NCBI GenBank assembly: GCA_964016885.1
Contig: OZ024743.1
Span: 42,222,001 to 42,286,000, forward strand
DNA: 64,000 nucleotides
DNA from: Eledone cirrhosa
Taxonomy: Eukaryota
Reading direction: 5' to 3'
Below are positions 62,790 to 64,000 of this stretch, in pieces. The translations under genes and the position numbers were made by a program. Each line of letters opens with the position of its first letter. Position 1 is the first letter of the stretch. The notes below the pieces were generated by a model. That model was not told the DNA's origin. It made no database searches and saw only the letters and a program-made list of their open reading frames with translations.

Positions 62790-63590
62790 CAAGGGTGCTT
62801 AGTTCATCCATCATTCCACGAGGGAGGCAAAATCGGCCCTCCGCCATACCCACATAGGATTTGACATCCTTAATAAATTAGAGCGGGTGTGTTGCATTGC
62901 TGTTGAAAGGGACAAGCTTCGGGCTTATGGCAAGAGCGCCCTAGTGAGGTGTTGCTCTTAGGGCTGTTGGTGATGTGGGTCTTCATCTTCTTAGCGCAGG
63001 AGTCTCCTAGTTTTACTTTGTGTCGGTTAAAGATGGAACGGTATTTATGACCTATGGGAAAGTGTCTATCTAAGAGGGCTAGATATGTTTTGGCTACATT
63101 GGTTTTAACGTTAAGTGAGAAGGAAGGAGATAACCAGATAGTTTGTCTATTGTTACGCTTTCTTTTCTTAATGCTGTTGTTGATAGTGGGAGAGTAAGTG
63201 ATAGGTTGCGAGAAGCCGCTGTTAGCTAACGCCGTGTAGGGTGCCGCCCTGTCAAAGATAGCCTTATTAGAGGAGAGGTTTCAGATTCTAGTACTGATAG
63301 TATTTACGAAGTTTCTAAAAACAGTGGGAGGGTGGCATGAGTCCTTGTGAATGTAACTGAGTTTTTCGTTTAGCTTATGGAAGGGTATGTAGGTGTGTGT
63401 GCGAAGGTCTAAATTAATGTCTGAGAAATCTAAGCTAGAGAAGTTGGTAGCTACTTTTATCCAAAGTCCTAACTCATTGAAGATAGAAGCTAAGTCTTTT
63501 TTAAACAGGGCGAGGTCGTGACCACTTTTATGGTTCGATAATGTCAGACCGTCGTCGCGGTATATTCCCGTGTGGAAGTCCGGGCATCTA
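62790..63590 (-). pseudogene. Penelope-like reverse transcriptase C-terminal half and linker, decayed
   Basis: GIYRDDGL, LDF.DINLDL, YIHKDSCHPP, ALANSGF, IW.SP.FS.NVKTNV, LDRHFP. Confidence 0.85.
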
Positions 63591-63600
63591 ACACAGGGTA

Positions 63601-63741
63601 AATTCTCGAGCTTCGAACTCATCAGGAAACAAACTCATTTGGACAAAGAATTTTCTTAAGTGATCTCTTCTTAAAGGATCACTTAAGAAAATTCTTTGTC
63701 CAAATGAGTTTGCTTCCTGATGAGTTCGAAGCTTGAGAATT
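63601..63741. repeat. Inverted repeat, 65-bp arms with 11-bp loop
   Basis: 63601-63665 is the reverse complement of 63677-63741 with two mismatches seen. Confidence 0.9.
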
Positions 63742-63791
63742 CAGACTTAATAGGTTATTTCCGAAAGGGAACGAACCCTAAGGGTAGAAAC
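63712..63791 (+). ncRNA. Degenerate type I hammerhead overlapping the fold-back
   Basis: gcttc CTGATGA gttc...gaac GAA ccc-taa-ggg TA gaaac; one core A missing; left arm preserves gtttc, giving a perfect 5-bp stem I. Confidence 0.55.
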
Positions 63792-64000
63792 GTAATCCTG
63801 GTATGTGTATATGCATTTTTTCTTCTAACTTTAATTTTATACCTAATTGTTTATAGTTGACGGTATATTTAATCGATTTCCACGTGCTATTGAAATGTTG
63901 GGTAAATATTCTATAGCGGTTTATCGCGAATACATTGCTGTCGTTTATTTATCCACTATTTCTTCAGAGGTGCCTTTTAATCTTATAGCCTGGTTTAATT

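Overview
Eukaryotic, AT-rich, microsatellite-rich DNA, probably an octopod cephalopod (inferred from the tRNA-derived SINE type; not verified). No host gene can be supported. The dominant structure is a ~43 kb array (about 12140-55118) of 13 retroelement insertions laid end to end, bounded by 13 short (AAT)n tracts, with none inserted inside another. It holds seven Tx1-clade (APE-endonuclease) LINE copies, all on the - strand with (ATT)n tails and no poly(A). It also holds five R4/Dong-like (restriction-like endonuclease) copies from two families, all on the + strand with (TAA)n tails, and one SINE fragment. Intact ORFs: Tx1 ORF2 (1139 aa), Tx1 ORF1 (698 aa) and a Dong-like ORF (1216 aa). Two unrelated endonuclease classes therefore appear to target the same trinucleotide repeat from opposite strands. 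The flanks (1-10 kb, 59.7-64 kb) contain Penelope-like element debris with fold-back repeats and about ten type I hammerhead motifs, plus SINEs, a decayed RTE-type LINE and microsatellites. All coordinates and alignments were read by eye; edges may be off by a few bases.
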